A stretch of 64,000 nt of DNA, from positions 9,362,001 to 9,426,000 of the forward strand of contig NW_025766002.1 in assembly GCF_003918875.1 (NCBI RefSeq). Reading direction: 5' to 3'. The translations under genes and the position numbers were made by a program. The notes beneath the pieces are model-generated. The model had not been told where the DNA came from, made no database searches, and worked only from the letters and a program-made list of their open reading frames with translations. The DNA comes from Haliotis rubra. Taxonomy: Eukaryota. Of the stretch, positions 1 through 11,442 are shown in pieces. Numbering within the stretch: the stretch's first letter is position 1; each line of letters opens with the position of its first letter.

Positions 1-385
1 TACACTTCGATGATCCTAACTCTCATACTCTGATATAGACTTGTCGCGGGTTCAATCCCCAATCGCGTCATACCAAAAGACGTTAAACTATGGTGCTTGT
101 TGGTCCCTGCCTGGCACTTGGCATTAATGGGTACAGCAAGGACTGGTCGGCTCCGAGTCAGTATAATGTGTGGGGTATTCATGCTTAACTGCGGCGTGGT
201 ATCTCAGTGAGCTAGCACTATAAAACCAGCTTAAGTCTGGGCTCGTACAAGCCGCCGCACATACACACGCATGCACGTCGTCATATGAACGAAATATTCT
301 TAAGTATGACGTTAAACCCCTTTCACCTCACCTAACATAGACTTGTGACAGTCATAGTGCTAAGATCGTCTTGTTCAAGTAGGCC
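1..385. mobile_element. PIF/Harbinger-type palindromic MITE (left end outside window) interrupted by a SINE
   Basis: Segments 10-44 and 333-385 match the reverse complement of the MITE at 10529-10619; ends AGGCC|CAG. Confidence 0.6.
45..332 (+). mobile_element. SINE family 3 (long tRNA-derived SINE), 5'-truncated
   Basis: B-box remnant GGTTCAATCCC; body CAGTGAGCTAGCACTATAAAA; (CACCT)n tail; TSD t(g/a)a(t/c)atagacttgt; homologous to 16554-16905. Confidence 0.8.
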
Positions 386-1238
386 CAGGATTCGTTGTTC
401 GTTGTTGCTCTAGACAACAAATGTGAACAGGGCGAAGCGATAAGCATTCCTGTCAGAAGTGAGCTGGTCCAGATCTACCATGGGAGACTGGTTCAGATCC
501 ATTTCCTGAAGCTGGTTGATATCCCTCATCTGAGGCTAGTCCAACATGGTCCCCCGACTGATGTTTGCCACAAAATGTACACCTGCTCTTCCAGAAACTT
601 TGACAAGAAGCAGAATCTGCCAAGTGTAAATAGTGTGAAAAATGAACATGTTAATTCTGTGGCTAGTTTCCTTACAGGGGTAATTGAATAATCAGATCAG
701 TGTCGTGTCTTGAAATGATGAATGTAACGATGAAATGATTTGTTTGGCCTCACAAGTCTGCACCTGAAATGCCATGTTGATGGTAACGATGTTTCTCCAC
801 ACATGGCCCTGATAAGATGCTCTTTAAGGAAATTGGCTTTTGGAACTAATGGAAATACAATGTTCTGTGAATCTGATGGTTCAACTTTATCAAAATGTCT
901 GTTGCTGGTTTAGTCTAATTGTTGGTTTGAACACGTACAGTTTTCTCACAAGATGATAGATTTAATTAGGAATGTTTTACATTCAATGTGATTTTAATTT
1001 TAGTGATGCCGTAATGTGGAATGTGATGCCGTAATGTGGAATATATTTTGTATTCACTTTGCTTTCTTCTTTTTTATTACATGGGAGAGACTATTAGCTT
1101 GTTTCACTTAAATTTGAAAATATTATTTTAAGACACGTATTTAATTTAAAACCTGCACCCAATGTCCTGCCATGAATAACTGCAAAACTGCGGATGCAGC
1201 ATAAAGCAATAAGAACTCACTCACCCAACTTCATCTTA

Positions 1239-1391
1239 CTGACTGAGTATGGTTTTACGCCATTTTTAGCAATATTCCAGCAATATCATGGCGGGGACAC
1301 CAGAAATTGGCTTCACACATTGTACCCATGTGGGGATTTGAACCCGGGTCTTCGGTGTGACGAGCCAACGCTTTAACCACTAGGCTACCCC
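1239..1391 (-). mobile_element. SINE family 1 (short tRNA-derived SINE)
   Basis: A box TAGCCTAGTGG, B box GGTTCAAATCC, tail GGAATATTGCTAAAA; TSD acttcatctta. Confidence 0.9.
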
Positions 1392-1465
1392 ACTTCATCT
1401 TAAGGTTTGTTGTTCTCTGCTTTGTCCTATTCATTTTTCATTCAGAAAAGAGTTTGCGTAGTTCC

Positions 1466-1630
1466 GGGGGCGGTGGGGTAGCCTAGTTGTTAAAGCATTC
1501 GCTGATGACGCAAAGACCCGGGTTCGATTCCCCACATGGGTACAATGTGTGAAGTCCATTTCTGGTGTCCCCCGCCGTGATATTGCAGGAATATTGCTCA
1601 AAATGGCGTAAAACCAAACTCACTCACTCA
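1466..1630 (+). mobile_element. SINE family 1
   Basis: GGGGCGGTGGGGTAGCCTAG head, GGTTCGATTCCC B box, (CTCA)n tail. Confidence 0.9.
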
Positions 1631-2139
1631 TTTGCATCGTTCCTGTCTTTGCAATGTGAGAAATAGTTGATTGTAGATAGGCAGGTTGTGAAGGAGAATG
1701 ACACCAACGGAATAGATCCTGACACAGTTGTCTGAGGTGCTCTGCCGAAGTGATTGGAGGAACTGTGCACTTTCACTAATGATGATATCATTAGTTTCAA
1801 TCATGTGAATCACCTGAAGGATTATTCGGGTTAAGTGGATCCTGTGGGAGATAGTGACCGGAAGGGTTCCGACTAACAAGGTTAACCCTTTAACTGAGAC
1901 ACTGGAGATTTGATTTGATGCTTTATGATTTGAAGTCAGTATCCGATACAAGAATATATTGTACATATATTACACAAAGGAAGTTAAGGATCACCCTAAT
2001 CTTTCAGATGATCGTAGTGAATCTGTCATGGCTTCCATTATTTCAGATGTAATGAAAGATACTAGATTGTTTTGCCAACAAACATTGTTTTAGTAGGATA
2101 TAAAGACATATGATTAAAGATAGAGAAACAACTATTTAT

Positions 2140-2312
2140 TCTGGCTTGCGTCATGCGAAGACCGGGTTGCTAAAGCAATCCCCACATGGGCACAATGATC
2201 CAATAAATTCTCTCTTCAAGCCCCATTTCTGGTGCCAGGATGTTGCTGGAATATTGCTTGCTTTCTACACGTTCTGGTGGCATGTCAATTTACCAAACTC
2301 AGTCAGTCAGTC
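2140..2312 (+). mobile_element. SINE family 1, degenerate
   Basis: gaagaccggg, ccccacatggg, ccatttctggtg, gctggaatattgc motifs. Confidence 0.65.
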
Positions 2313-2558
2313 CATTGTTATTTGTTTTGTATAAAATGTTAAAAAATGCAACAAAATGTTAAAAATTTTTTATTTCTGTTGCTATAGTTACGCTGTCATG
2401 ACATGTTTGCCAGAATATCAAATAATTGGATTGTCCTTAACTTCTTTTGACTAGTATACAGCATGTGGGTTTTAGTGTGCTAATTTTCATGTCCTTTGAG
2501 TGGAACATGGTGTGTAGCATGTGAGAATGATGACCATTTTACGTTGAAATAGATAAGG

Positions 2559-2809
2559 TGAGTGAGTGAGTTTAGTTTACACCCCACAGCAATATTCCAG
2601 TGATATGGAAAATATATAATCTGTCTGTAAATAATCGAGTCTGGACCAGACAATCCAGTGATCAACAGCATGAGCATCGATCTGCGCAATTGGGAACCAA
2701 TGACATGTGTCAACCAAGCCAGCAGGCCTGACCACCCAATCCCGTTAGTCGCCTCTTACAACAAGCATTTGGTTACTGAAGGTTCAATCTAACCCGGACC
2801 TTCACGGGT
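2559..2809 (-). mobile_element. SINE-like family 2 (structured non-tRNA head), full length
   Basis: Starts ACCCGTGAAGGTCCGGG on minus strand; (CTCA)n tail; 16-bp TSD gttgaaatagataagg at 2543-2558 and 2808-2823. Confidence 0.9.
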
Positions 2810-3128
2810 TGAAATAGATAAGGATCAGCAGGATTTGATTTCCAGTTCACAGAGTGATTGTTATCAAAGTACTGTTTAACCACTCCTAGAAGACAACATC
2901 TGAACGATCACCTGAAAGATGGTCAGCTATTGTAACATATGTACTGTAGTCTTTCCCTGAGTCTTGTTCACTAGCTCATTCACTCACTCACTCACTCACT
3001 CACTGTTGTCATGCAGCTTAGATATATGCAGCCTGTGATGTCACTCACTCATCCAATCTTGCTCACTCACTCAAAAAATACTAACACATGTTCTTATTAT
3101 CGAACAGTAAATGACAATAAGCTGGAGA

Positions 3129-3313
3129 NNNNNNNNNNNNNNNNNNNNNNNNNNNNNNNNNNNNNNNNNNNNNNNNNNNNNNNNNNNNNNNNNNNNNNNN
3201 NNNNNNNNNNNNNNNNNNNNNNNNNNNNNNNNNNNNNNNNNNNNNNNNNNNNNNNNNNNNNNNNNNNNNNNNNNNNNNNNNNNNNNNNNNNNNNNNNNNN
3301 NNNNNNNNNNNNN
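3129..3313. other. assembly gap
   Basis: run of N. Confidence 1.
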
Positions 3314-3805
3314 AGATCCCCAGCAAGATAGTCCGGCAGTCAGTGATATAGTCATGGCCTAGGGCTTCTCTGCCTTGACTGACTGGCTTAGGCTAGATTA
3401 CCACAGTGATAGACCAGGCCGCAGCTCTAAGTGTACTAATTGCTGGTATTAGAAGACTTACAGTTCTCTGTAAAGCCGGTTAAATTTCCATTTTTCGTAA
3501 TGATACCAGACAACTGTCAATCAAATCGGTGAGTTCGGCAGTACATTGATACTGTGAAGAACATCTGTTCATCTTCAGCCCTTTCTGCTAGGCAGTAACT
3601 CTTGGCAGATGATGAAGTACAATGCCTTTGTCAGGTCGGAATCTAGTCATTCAAAATATATTCCCAAGAATTTTGCATTGACTCTTTTAGCAGCTTGCCT
3701 TGTCAGATCATAAATGTGAAAGTTGTGCAGATTGGCAATAAAGTGAACTGTGGAGACGGCTTGATCACGTTACAAGGCATAGGACAGCCATGTTTAACTT
3801 TGATA

Positions 3806-3945
3806 AGTGAGTGGGTTGGTTGTTTTATGCCATTCTTAGCAGTATTCCAGCGGTATCATGGAAGGGCACAAGGGCTTCAGACATTACACCTATATGTGGA
3901 ATCAAAACCGGGTCCTCGATATGACGGCCAAACACTTATACCACT
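3806..3945 (-). mobile_element. SINE family 1, degenerate
   Basis: ttttatgccattcttagcagtattccagc and aaccgggtcctcg match the family reverse complement. Confidence 0.6.
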
Positions 3946-4370
3946 AATCAAACCAGAGAAATATCATAGGCACCATTGCTTGGATCGCGTAATAAACTTT
4001 CACGTTTATAAACTTTCAGGTTTCTTAGGAGATGCTGCTAGTCAATATCAATCTGGGTGCGTGGCTGTCAGTGCCATAGCAGAATCGATCAGAATGTGCC
4101 CAAAATATTTTGTATGCTGTTATGCCTGCAACATACATTATTAGATATCTACCAATACATTCACCATAATGATGCCAAAATGGCAATGTAATTGCTCTCT
4201 ACAGACATTTTAAATATAAGATTGGACTGTATAGAGATGTCATAGCTGGGATCTTCTTTCAGTTCTGAGATGTAAAAAGTGTGAAAGTAATAACAGCAGG
4301 TTTCATAATGCCATAAGCTCTTTCTGCTTGATGTTAGTACCGGTACCTAATGCATCTGATGTCTGATTAT

Positions 4371-4877
4371 TAGGGCTGTAACGATGCATCGAACTATTGA
4401 TGGATTGCAGTTGTTGAGTCTCCGATAGCAATTAATCGATGGTAGAAATGAAAAACTATCGATGCATCGATAGTATGTGTGACTATCGATAGTTTAGTTA
4501 TTGACTTCCTTTGATAAATGTGCAGCGCAAAATACAGGAAGTATCAGATTCTTTCACTTTGATTTAGAGTTATTTGCCCCTGTTACCTCTTAAACAAACA
4601 TGGCGGCAACCACAGCATACGACTTGGAGTTTGAAATTGTGAATAACAAAGCTGGAAAATCCAGACTGAAACTACTCCAACTTGTTTTTATTTATATCTA
4701 TTACTATACATTCATTTGGGAAATGACTTCAAATGCGACAACTCAAGGGAAAAAAACTACAACAACAGCAATAGTTTTTCCCAATAGACGATCGCTATCG
4801 CAATAGTATGTTGCAATAGACTATCACTATCACTATAGCATTAAGCAATAGTTTTTCCTCCTCAATAGTCACCCCTA
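4371..4877 (+). mobile_element. hAT-type MITE
   Basis: Ends TAGGGCTGTAACGAT / ATAGTCACCCCTA; subterminal ATCGAT repeats; 8-bp TSD ctgattat/gtgattat; second copy at 26950-27383. Confidence 0.8.
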
Positions 4878-4989
4878 GTGATTATCACATAGATCGTATT
4901 GCTTATTTTAGTTTCAACACACATGTAAACAGCCCCTTATCCAGGCCCAAATTGTTCCTCAGAAGCCCCGATTGTTGTTAGAACAGAAG

Positions 4990-5168
4990 GCTTGTAATGG
5001 GACCGGATGGTCAGTCTTGTGGACTTAGTTTATGCTTGTCATCAAATCCATGGTGCTTGATCAATGGTCATGAGTCAAACACTGGATTGTCTGTTCCAGA
5101 CTTGATTATTTACAGTCTACTATCATATAGCTGAAACATTCCTGAGTGCAGCGTTAAACCAACAAACA
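4990..5168 (+). mobile_element. SINE-like family 2, degenerate
   Basis: actggattgtctgttccagacttgattatttacag body and gcgttaaac tail. Confidence 0.65.
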
Positions 5169-5507
5169 TTTCATTGGTATATTGTGGTGTGAAACAGGTC
5201 AAAAGGGCCGCATGAAAAAAGGGCCCCAAAACAGAAAAGTCAAAATGTCTGCAAGAAAGTCGAAAGGGAGGCAAACCCCTAGTCAAAATTAAAGGCCCCG
5301 TATAAAAAAATAATATCTTTTTTTAAAATTGTATTACAGTAAAAGGTTATACATCTATACAATGTATACCTCATACATACTAGTTCTGATTGTAATAGAT
5401 ATTTTTTCAATATTTAAAAGAAAATGATGACAAAGAATAGATGTATGTGATGGTTATTTATTTTGTAACAAAACACTTATAGTTATCTTATAGGGTATCT
5501 TTCACAA

Positions 5508-5772
5508 CTTCGCTCCAGTGACCAATCTCTTCTGCAAATTCAATGTACAAGAACAAAGTCTTTTGGTGACCGAGCATTCTCTTCGAATGGTGCAAAACTC
5601 TGGAAATATCTACCACAAGAACTTCGATCACTGACTGAACTTGCATCTTTCAAAAGCCAGTTAAAGACTCATCTTTTTACCAAAGCTTACCTTTAGCTCC
5701 AGCGTGGACTCAGAGCGCCTTTGGGTGATTACATCGGATTCTGGCGCTATAGAAGTATTTGTATGTATGTAT
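5508..5772 (+). mobile_element. LINE (L2/CR1 group) 3' fragment
   Basis: Translates LRSSDQSLL...FGDRAFSSNGAKLWKYLPQELR...FKSQLKTHLF...*, typical of L2 ORF2 C-termini; then a GCGCC/GGCGC stem and (TGTA)n tail. Confidence 0.85.
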
Positions 5773-5809
5773 AACAAATACTTTGGCAAAGAAGTGCATT
5801 TAACAATAG

Positions 5810-6140
5810 TACCACATGCCATTGTTTCCCAGTATGATGCTCGTAAGGTCAGTCATTGGAATGTCTGGTCCTGACTTGATTTTTTACTCTCATATAGCTG
5901 GAATATGGCTGAGTGCGGTGTCAAGGAACAAACAAACAAACGTAAACTCTCCATGTGGTGATTTTCTATCCTATGCTTGTCATCGAACTTGATAGATCAG
6001 GTTGTCAGACTTGGTGACATCGTATCGACCAAATGTACCTTGATGGCATGAATGGTTGCTTACTGTCACTGACCATCCTCGGTGATTTACAGGCCATCAT
6101 CATATGTTTCTGAATGTGATGTAAAACTAACATCAAGCAA
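5810..6140 (+). mobile_element. two degenerate family-2-related SINE remnants in tandem
   Basis: catatagctggaatatggctgagtgcgg tail then atgcttgtc...gtcagacttggtgac; paralogous to about 23440-23650. Confidence 0.55.
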
Positions 6141-6451
6141 CCATATGTGGAATGACTCTTTTCGACAGTCTGTTTTTTTAAAATGTATAATGCTGTTATT
6201 CTAGAAAAGATGTTATTTGTTGTTTGACAACACTTTCACTCAGTATAACCCATGGCTATTTTCTCTGGGGCAGTTTTAAGATCCATGGTTGACCTCAAAC
6301 TGTCTAGTGCTGTTGTGAAAGAAATATGTAGAGAGGCTTAACCACCAAGTGTCGTATATCTGATCCGTGAAAATGTTGTCAAGTAATATGATTGATCCTG
6401 AGAATTGCTTATTTATGTGGCAAATGTTTATTTTCTTGTATTTTATTCCAG

Positions 6452-6683
6452 GAATGACAGGGGCATTCTGGCTTGGTAGGATGTACTCAAGCTGATGGCA
6501 AGACCAGCCACAGGTACCATGGGCCAGTCTACGTCCGCTGGTGCTGCCGCTGTTACTGCTGCCGTCACTGGACTGAAGATGTCAGAACCTGCACCATCGC
6601 GACCCAGTCTGCTGCTCAACAGATATAAACACTGTCAGAATGTAGGAGGAATCGTGGAGGATTGTGTGGAATCCTTTCAGTGA
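6452..6683 (+). other. candidate exon (unknown product)
   Basis: Strong acceptor ttttcttgtattttattccag|G followed by a GC-richer segment; phase-1 reading GMTGAFWLGRMYSS* or 62-aa ORF MARPATG...; no recognisable domain. Confidence 0.35.
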
Positions 6684-6837
6684 CAAGTGCATTAGTGGTG
6701 GGTGGTTATTCTGATGCTCCTAATGTACAGGGGGGCCTGGTGGTTGGGGGCATGGCAAGAGGAGTTGGTAGTATGGCTGGCCATTTTTCTTTTCTTTTTG
6801 TGTGTGTGTCTGAGCATGTTTGTTTGTCTGTTTGTCT

Positions 6838-6966
6838 NNNNNNNNNNNNNNNNNNNNNNNNNNNNNNNNNNNNNNNNNNNNNNNNNNNNNNNNNNNNNNN
6901 NNNNNNNNNNNNNNNNNNNNNNNNNNNNNNNNNNNNNNNNNNNNNNNNNNNNNNNNNNNNNNNNNN
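6838..6966. other. assembly gap
   Basis: run of N. Confidence 1.
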
Positions 6967-8024
6967 CTTGAGCCTCTGTGTGTTGGAGCTTGGGGGTGGA
7001 TGGATATAAGGTCAAAATGGGTAGATAGAGGTAGTACAATAGGGGTATCATGGGATGGGTAATACAAGGGTGGTGCTTGATGTTTTAGGCTTGACCTTTT
7101 AGGGTAAGGGTTGTACCAGGACGAGAGGGTCGTAGGCTATTAGAAATGAGTACAAGGAAGACAGGTGGATGTGGGCATGGTAGAGATGGCATGTCACACT
7201 ATGTATGAACACTTCGAACCCAAATCTTCAGTGGCTATAAAAGTGATAATTTTCCATGTTGCAATATAGCTGCATGTCACTGATAACCCATGTTTGTCAA
7301 GAGTCTAGCCCAGTATGATGTTACACTGACACCTGACAAGCACCTGTTACACCTGTCCCCCTCAGTCTAATGAGTACAGTCGCATGCAATCTTGCAGCCA
7401 TACCTTACAACCAAGGGCGAGACACAGGGACATCAGGTGTAAATTATCAGTTGATTACCTGCATAAAACAAAGTCCGCACTACGAGATCCATAAAACACG
7501 GGGACAAAACACTGTCCTGGTCGAGCTGGAGACTGAGTCCAAATACATAAACTGGCAATAATGTCTTTGATGAAGGAACGGAAACCCACAACGGCTATAA
7601 AAGAATTAGGATATGTTTGAACATGACCCTAAATGAAGGCAATATTTACACCTCACACTTGATGTAGGAGTGTTTAGGGTGTCTGTAGTTTAACAGATAG
7701 ACATTAGCCATGAATTAGGAGAGCTCTTGCGGAAGATATTTACTTTATGTAATATATCAGTGCAACAGTGTTTCTTTGTGTGGAATTCAGCGGAGGGTCG
7801 AGTATTTAGGTGAGTGTGTTCTGGAACAGGGGAGGCTATTTCAGAACTTTATGAGACTGTCCACAAAGTTTCCTAGCTTGTCTTGTCAGTTAATTTGCTT
7901 GCTGCTCGGTTCGATGATAATAATGTTAAAGATTGCTGTAAATGTTCAACGTGTTTACAGAGATAAAATAGTCAGTATCCTTTTCATTGAGTTAATTTTG
8001 GTAACCACCTGTCACATTGAGAAA

Positions 8025-8188
8025 GGGCGGTGGGGTAGCCTAGTGGTTAAACCGTTGGCTTGTCACGCCGAAGACCCGGGTTCGATTCCCCACATGGGCA
8101 CAATGTGTTAAGCCCTTTTCTGGTGTCCCCCGCCGTGATATTGCTGGAATATTGCTAAAAGCGGCGTAAAACTAAACTCAGTCAGTCA
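8025..8188 (+). mobile_element. SINE family 1
   Basis: Intact A/B boxes; 14-bp TSD gtcacattgagaaa. Confidence 0.92.
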
Positions 8189-8317
8189 GTCACATTGAGA
8201 AAAACTGATCTATTTTGTGATTTACTTTATAACTTGCATTCTGTTTAAGGACATTTTGTTACATGTGCTATCATTTCTTTTGGTGACTGTTTGAGTACAT
8301 TTACTGTTCACACACAA

Positions 8318-8488
8318 TGGGTTGTTGGGTAGCCAAGTGGTTAAAGTGTTCAGTCTTAACCACCAAAGACTGGGTTAATTCCCCATGATTCCCCACATAT
8401 GTACAATGTGTGAAGTCAATTTCTGGTGTCCTCTGCAATGATATCACTGGAATATTGCTAAAAGTGTTGTAAAACCCCCTCACTCACT
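8318..8488 (+). mobile_element. SINE family 1, diverged
   Basis: gggtagccaagtggttaaag head and actggaatattgctaaaag tail. Confidence 0.8.
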
Positions 8489-8748
8489 TTTGATAGTAAT
8501 AATCAAATATGTCTCATATTTCTAGAGGTACACTTGACATTTTGCAAGAATATGTTTTCTGTATCATGGACAGATGAAAATATCCCTACCAAAAGAGGAG
8601 TGGTATATATTGACAATTATGACCAATCTTTACTTGACAGAAAGCAAATTAATCTTTGTTGTTTCAAGATATGTCATATTCAAGTGCTAATTGCAAACAA
8701 AGTTCAGGACGACAATATCCTTCTGTATGGCTACAGATAACCTTGCTA

Positions 8749-8913
8749 GGACGGTGGGGTAGCCTAGTGGTTAAAGCGTCCGCTCGTCACGCTGAAGACC
8801 CGGGTTCGATTCCCCACATGGGTACAATGTGTAAAGCCCATTTCTGGTGTCCCCTGCTGTGATATTGCTGGAATATTGCTAAAAGCGGTGTAAAACCATA
8901 CTCACTCACTCAC
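8749..8913 (+). mobile_element. SINE family 1
   Basis: Near-consensus copy with A/B boxes and (CTCA)n tail. Confidence 0.9.
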
Positions 8914-9252
8914 TAACCCTGAGGCAGAAACAATCGAGTGGTCCTCAACTTTGTTGTAATAGTTTGTATGTATATGAAGTAAACATTGCTTCCTTGTCAT
9001 TGTCACACTTGTAAATATCACCATGTCATGAAAATAATGTTGTTCATATTTAGTTTTTGAGTGTGACATGACGAACTGCGTCGCTTGTATTCAAGTCTGT
9101 AAAATGACTAATCATGTCACTTGTTACAACATTCAACTCACTGCTTTGTACATTGTAGATCATGTCACGTTTCATACAAACTCATGAAACCAGTTTCACA
9201 TCAATTTTGTATATAAATAGTTTGAATATATTATGTTGTCTGTCTTCTTTAA

Positions 9253-9425
9253 GGGGTGGTGGGGTAGCCTAGTGTTTAAAGCATTTGCTCGTCATGCCGA
9301 AGACCCGGGTTCGATTCCTCACGTTGGTAAATTGTGTGAAGCCCATTTCTGGTGTACCGGCCGTGATATTGCTGGAATATTGCTAAAAGTGGCATAAAAC
9401 TATACTCACTCACTCACTAACTCAC
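9253..9425 (+). mobile_element. SINE family 1
   Basis: Near-consensus copy. Confidence 0.9.
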
Positions 9426-9579
9426 TGTTTTCTTTAAAAAGATGTGATAGATTGGACTACCAGTATAAATATATGGCGAATCAATGTATAAGTGTCCCTA
9501 ACTATAATGACAGCCTTCTGATTAATGGAGTTTCGGCATCAGTCAGTGATCACATGATAATGATAAATAGACAAAATGG

Positions 9580-9773
9580 TAGACTAACAACTAGTCTCTG
9601 AAAGGAACATATTTTACTGAAAAAAGTTCATAGTAAAAAAAAATATAAAATAATGAAAAGGAGCCCTGAGACTTCTTCATTTTCAGAGCTGAGGAAATCT
9701 AGACTTGCCACATTTTCTAGACTTGCGTGGGCTTTCTTGGATATATTTGCTTCAGGGTCTGTACGACAGACTA
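9580..9773 (+). mobile_element. Academ-like hairpin-ended mini-element, copy A
   Basis: TAGACTA...CAGACTA ends; perfect 9-bp TSD acaaaatgg (9571-9579, 9774-9782); core TCTAGACTTGC present twice. Confidence 0.8.
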
Positions 9774-9815
9774 ACAAAATGGCTACTGTCAAACCCATTC
9801 ACTGTTCAATCATCG

Positions 9816-9890
9816 TGGGGGTAGTGGGTTAGCCTAATCACCCTGAAGACCTGGGGTCGATACCCTACATGGGTACAATGAACTCACTCA
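9816..9890 (+). mobile_element. SINE family 1, internally deleted
   Basis: head plus cacatgggtacaatg-like segment then ctcactca. Confidence 0.6.
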
Positions 9891-10528
9891 ATCTAGCCTA
9901 CGTCAACCTACGTCTACTTCAGAATGGAGGCCAATTTGTAAGAATAAAATGTTCCATGTCATGTGACTACCATAAACTGCAGTAGCAAGAGATCTGGCGT
10001 GTGGAATAAGGACTATTGAAGTGGTCATGGACAGATCAAAATATGTAATGTGTCCATGTGTGTCCTTGACATATCACCTTGGTAACATTTCCTCAACTTC
10101 ATTTTATTAACATAAGGTTAAATTATGAAAAGGCCAGATATCTGTCGAAGCTAAAATGTGTAAAAATCTTCTGTGCAACATCAACACAAGCAACGAACAC
10201 AAAGTATTTTTTTCAAATTTGGCTGGTGCTACCAGTGGGCAGCCTTTCTCCCATAACCTATTGGATAAAGTGTAGCCCAAGCCTAGAGTGATTTAGCAAC
10301 TCTACATTGCCTCAGCTCTAGGTGAAATTAGGGATTGTTCTGGGCTCAGTTTGGAATTTTGTTCATTATGAACACATCTGATAACTCGCCAAACAATTTC
10401 TAACATGTTTACTGTTTTGTAAAATTGGGCTGAGCCTGTATGACAGAAACGGCCACTATCATGCTTTGTCCTTGCCTTATTGTGCAGAAACAGTCCACCT
10501 GGGCCCTTTGAAGAATACCAATACCCTG

Positions 10529-10619
10529 GGCCCCCGTTCCTCAAAGCAATCATAGCGCTATGACTGTCGTAAGTCTATGTTAGAGTATGGTAGTTACGAT
10601 CGCTTTGAGGAACGGGACC
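10529..10619. mobile_element. PIF/Harbinger-type MITE
   Basis: Inverted repeats CCCGTTCCTCAAAGC / GCTTTGAGGAACGGG; CWG flanks (ctg/cag). Confidence 0.75.
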
Positions 10620-11442
10620 CAGGACTTTGATTTAGTAACTCTGTCTGGAACCATATCGCTCCAACGAAGGAAGCACACCGTTTAATTGGCTGTGGCCGTG
10701 GTATACTACTCATGTTTGCTTCGAGAGTGTCAATCTTCAGTTATGTTCCTCTACACCCTTGTAATTCCTCCTCCTCTCAGAATACTGTCACTTCTGTTGG
10801 TATCAGAGCCTTCAACTTCATCCTCCTCTGTAAAAGCAGCATCATTAACAGGTTGTGGCCATGTACCAACATCAACGCTGATGTACACAGTCGTAACTTA
10901 CAGCTCCACCTAGAATGTGTACTATATCAGGACACGCAAAACACGCTTTACATAATGTTGCTCCAGAGTCTGGGAAATAAATTATGTTGTGTCTGATGTG
11001 TTGATATGAAGAAAGTCGCACCTTAAATTGTCTTTCCCTTGCCAACTGTTGAAATCTCTAATCAGGAATGAAAATACACAGACATGGCTTAAAGAAGCCT
11101 TACATTCCAAGGATGAATTTAAATTTTTATTTGAAAAGACGTCTTTCAAAAGGTATCCGGTCCATCGTCATGGGAGATCCTTGGTCCTTGAGGATAGTTG
11201 CTGAATCTAGAAACAAATTACCTCGAGTTTGTAACAACTGGATAATGTCAGACACCTTGACTTAAAAAAATAATTCAACTCACACACTGTTAGGACTGGA
11301 CCTTAACACTGGACATTTATTGATGACTGCAATGGTCCATGGCATGAGAAATTCATTGATAACAATGTTCGTTTATGCTTGAAGTATGAGTATGAAACTA
11401 CTGGTCACATCTTCATCACACCTCCTACACTTCACTTTCATC

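Noticed and set aside
1466-1545. tRNA genes
   Set aside because: tRNA-like A/B boxes continue into a shared SINE body and tail, often with TSDs
3011-7067. ORFs spanning N runs (also 46507-46865)
   Set aside because: Artefacts of assembly gaps
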